From Narcine bancroftii (lineage: Eukaryota), in contig NC_091470.1 of assembly GCF_036971445.1 (NCBI RefSeq), positions 232,252,001 to 232,316,000 on the forward strand: a DNA stretch of 64,000 nt. Reading direction: 5' to 3'. This document shows positions 60,565-64,000 of the stretch, one piece after another (the first letter of the stretch is position 1; the number at the start of each line of letters is the position of its first letter). Under the pieces are notes generated by a model. That model worked only from the letters and a program-made list of their open reading frames with translations. It was not told the DNA's origin and ran no database searches. Made by a program: the position numbers and the translations under genes.

Positions 60565-61330
60565 CAGAATCAGAATTTATTGTCATGAACATTTCATTGT
60601 TCTGTGGCAGCATATCACAGTGAAAATATTGCTAAAAAATTACTTTTCAAAATAAGTAAATAGTGAAGAAAAATAGGAGAAACTTAGGTGGTGTCTGTGG
60701 TTCAATGTCCATTCAGGAATCTGATGGCAGCAGGGAAGAAGCTATCTTTGTGCCGCTGAGTGATTGTCTTTAGGCTCCTGTACCTTTTTCCCCGATGGTA
60801 GCAGAGTGTATGGCCTGGGTGGTGGGAGGTCCTTGAGGAGAGAGGCTGCTTTCTTAAGACACCACCTCTTGTCGATGTACTTGATGGAATAAAGTCTGAT
60901 GTCCATTGATATTAGAGGCCACAGCTGAGCTGGTGCTTGGCTGTCGATCCCTTACTCTCTGCCTCTCCTATGGTTGCCAGACCACAGGTGCTGACAGCTT
61001 CAGGTGCTGAGGTTAGCAGTGAGGAGAAACGTCTGGACTTGGAAGGAAGCGAGTCATTAACAACTCTGTGTAGCCTTTTTCTGTTCATTTGAACCTCCAT
61101 ACTAGACAGGGATGCGACCAGACAGAATGCTGACCTGTAGAAATTTTTGAGAGAATTCGGTGACGTACCAAATCTCTTCAAACTCCTCACAAAGTACAAT
61201 CACTGACAAGGCTTCTTTGTGATTGCATCAACTATGGAGGGCACAGGACAGATCCACAGACAAGAATTTGAATATCTTGACCTTGTCCACTGCTTACTCC
61301 TGGATGAGGACTGGTCTACTGATTTCTGAA
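60565..61330 (-). mobile_element. Rex1/Babar 3' part carrying a 142-bp foreign insert
   Basis: YFVRSLKRFGTSPNSLKNFYR; insert at 60917-61058. Confidence 0.85.
60917..61058 (-). repeat. Inverted local duplicate of 61371-61512
   Basis: 142 bp, 7 mismatches by manual alignment, no indels. Confidence 0.95.
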
Positions 61331-62121
61331 TGCACCAAGTGACAGAACCCCCATACTCTGACTATGTTCCAATGACTCGCTTCCTTCCAAGTCCAGACAT
61401 TTCTCCTCACCGCTAACCTGAGCACCTGAAGCTGTCAGCACCTGTGGTCCGGCAACCATAGGAGAAGCAGAGGCTAAGGGATCGACAGCCAAGCACCAGC
61501 TCAGCTGTGGCCAAGCCAAGGGAGTGCTGATGTCAGGCCCACCAGGGTGGTGGTAGGAAGAAAGATGGCCGAATAAGGCTTAGCCTCTGTGGAATCGAGA
61601 CCGGATGTCCAGGGGGTTGGGGGAAGACCAGGCCGCTGGATACAGAGGTTCAAGCTCAGCATCTGGGGACAGCGGTGTTGGGTCCATCAGGGGATGGCCC
61701 ATCAGGGAACCAAAGCATTGACCATTCTTGATCACTCATTGGTTCTGAAGGGACTTGCATCGCAAATAGGAATCAGCTATTTAAGGCTCTGAGTTTGTGT
61801 ATTTCTCTGCTATATATGGAAACCAACAATAAACACCAACTAAGAGATACTCAGAACTAGAATGAACATTGATTTTGTTGAAACAAGCATCATTTGTTGG
61901 GGATTTGGTGATGTCAATATCTTTGGAATACTTTCCTTTGCGGAGGAGTCTAGAATGAGGAGTTTTAGTTTCAAAATGCGGCCAAAATAAGGAGAGATGC
62001 AAAACTAAGATCTCTCACTTTCTTGATATGGGAGTTGGTGGGGGGAGGGGTCGGAAATCAAGGCAAAGGGAAAAAGCACTGGAAAATGGCCTTCTCATAT
62101 AAGATCCACCATGATCTAAAG

Positions 62122-62486
62122 CAATGGTTTTCAAACTGTCCCTCTAAACTCACACTCCACCTTAAGCAGACCCTATGCCATCAGTGCTCTGATGGATTGC
62201 TTAAGGTGGGATGTGGTTGGAAAGAAAAAGTTTGAAAACCACCATTTTAATCATACCTCATTGACTCATTATGTGCATGGTTTCATAACTCGAAAGGAAA
62301 TGGGCCAATGACGATTTTTCTCAAGCAAAATATTTTAGTAACAATTGGGTCTAGAGCAATGATTCCCAACCTTCCATTCCCACAAATGTGCAACCATATG
62401 CAATCCCTTGCTTATCACAGAGCACCAATGGCATAGGGAATACTTAAAGTGGAATGTTAGTTTAGGGGGCAGTTTGAAAACCACTG
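62122..62486. mobile_element. Composite hAT MITE with a perfect 8-bp TSD
   Basis: TSD atctaaag at 62114-62121 and 62487-62494; units 62122-62244 and 62357-62486, spacer 62245-62356. Confidence 0.95.
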
Positions 62487-62567
62487 ATCTAAAGGAACTA
62501 GACAGGGATATGACCAAATGGCCTAGTTCTACTATTTATATATTTAATCAAATGAAAGCATGGAGTA

Positions 62568-62907
62568 CAGGTGCTCCCGTACTAACGATGGTCCAACATA
62601 TGATTTTTCGATGTTATGATGGTACATTCATTTTCGAATTCCCATCTGTCTCCGCGTTTGTGATATGCAGTGCGCTACTTTCTCGCATCCCCGCCATGCT
62701 CACCATCCAGCAAATAAGTTTAGTTCAACGCCTCAAATGGCCTTCATGCTCAGTGTGCTTTCAACTCTGTGCGTTAATGGCTTTATATAGTGTGGAATAA
62801 AGGTATTCAAAATTTAATTAGAAAAAAAACAGTAGGTGCCGTGTTCTTTCTCGGCTCACGATAGGGTTTATCGGAACACATCCCCATTATAAGTTGAGGA
62901 GCCCCTG
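62568..62907. mobile_element. Tigger5/MER47-like non-autonomous element
   Basis: Ends caggtgctccc..acgatgg and gggtttatcgga..ccccat..taagt.gaggagc..ctg; left TA. Confidence 0.7.
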
Positions 62908-63865
62908 TCGTGGCAGGGTGATTCCGTCTGAGGTCGACCCTTGACTTCTGAGACAGAAGTGAATGAGCAGAAGAGGAGCAGCGGGATTGCTTCAAGATCA
63001 CCTTGGGTACACTGTTGGACATGGAAGTATAGGGATCTTTGAAGTGGCCTCAAGTCAGGTTAACTTTAAATGCCTTCCCAGTACACAGGAAGAATCAAAG
63101 GTTTCTGTAAAGGCATCACTGCCAGCAAAGCCCAATGAATAAGTTATATATAAAAAAATGGAAGTCAGCCAGTTGCATCAAACGGCATCAGGACAGCGAG
63201 AGATGAGCAATGAATGGTTGTAGGAGCCAAATGAGAAATTAATTAGCATAGCTAAGTGATGAGCTAATTTTTTTGATTGATGTAAATATATGGAAGAATA
63301 TAATGAAAATTAAATTGAAGGAATGTGCCTTGTTGAAGGAAGCGGTTGAGTATAGGTGTAACTCTTTGACGTAGGTAGTGGAAGATTTAAGTAACTTTGC
63401 TCTGATGATATTTATTGGACTTGTGGTTTGAAAGAACTTTTTTTTTCAGATGCCAATGTTGTGGTTTATATGTGTTATGAGAAAGGTACTGATGTGTTTG
63501 AAGAGTAAAAATATTCTGCATTTATAAACAGAGAAGCTGGGGGAGGCATGAATTTCAATGTCTTTTTTTTCCTTTTGGAAATGATGATCAGCCCTGAAGG
63601 TGAGAACTCATGGAAAGTGTGTCAGCGAGGCCAACAGCAGCCCCACAATCAAAGGCGCAAAACCAGCCAGCAATTTAATACCTGTGTCATTAACTGCAGC
63701 AATCCGCAAATTACTGGCCAACATGCAACTTTCTGCATCACCTGCCTTCCCATTCAGATGCATCTAAGTGCCTACCGATCTTGCCAGTGGAAATGCGGAG
63801 CTTGTCTGATTCAGCAGGAGCTCCCGGCACAATGTTAAAAACCCCTCCCAATCTTAATTGGTGAA

Positions 63866-64000
63866 ACACCAGGCAAGAAATGCAGATGCTGGAATCCTGA
63901 ACGAGCCAAGAGGCAGGAGAGACTCAATGAGTCAGGCAGGATCCATGGAGAGAAATGATCAGATGGTGTTTCGGGCTGGGACTCTTTATAAAGGCTAAAA
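63866..64000 (-). mobile_element. Penelope terminal repeat relic
   Basis: tgcagatgctggaatc..actcaatgagtcaggcag..gtttcgggc. Confidence 0.7.

Overview
Eukaryotic, repeat-dominated non-coding DNA (large intron or gene desert). The repeat complement points to a cartilaginous fish, probably a ray (inference): tRNA-derived V-SINEs of HE1 type, Deu-SINE relics, CR1, Rex1/Babar, L1, RTE and Penelope retroelements, solo LTRs, and hAT, Tigger and Harbinger non-autonomous transposons. No host protein-coding gene, rRNA, tRNA or CRISPR array can be supported, and all recognisable ORFs are retroelement fragments. There are two N gaps. The most notable observations are: (1) repeated local copy-paste duplications of 120-550 bp, mostly inverted and TSD-less, templated from under 3 kb away; (2) a composite hAT MITE (two mini-MITEs plus a captured spacer) that moved as one unit; (3) hammerhead-ribozyme-like motifs with covarying stems in Penelope termini; (4) repeat-free islands with a pri-miRNA-like/switchable double hairpin, candidate 9-nt and 15-nt microexons, and enhancer-like motif clusters. 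Family names come from remembered consensus features, not database searches, and ends of decayed repeats are approximate.
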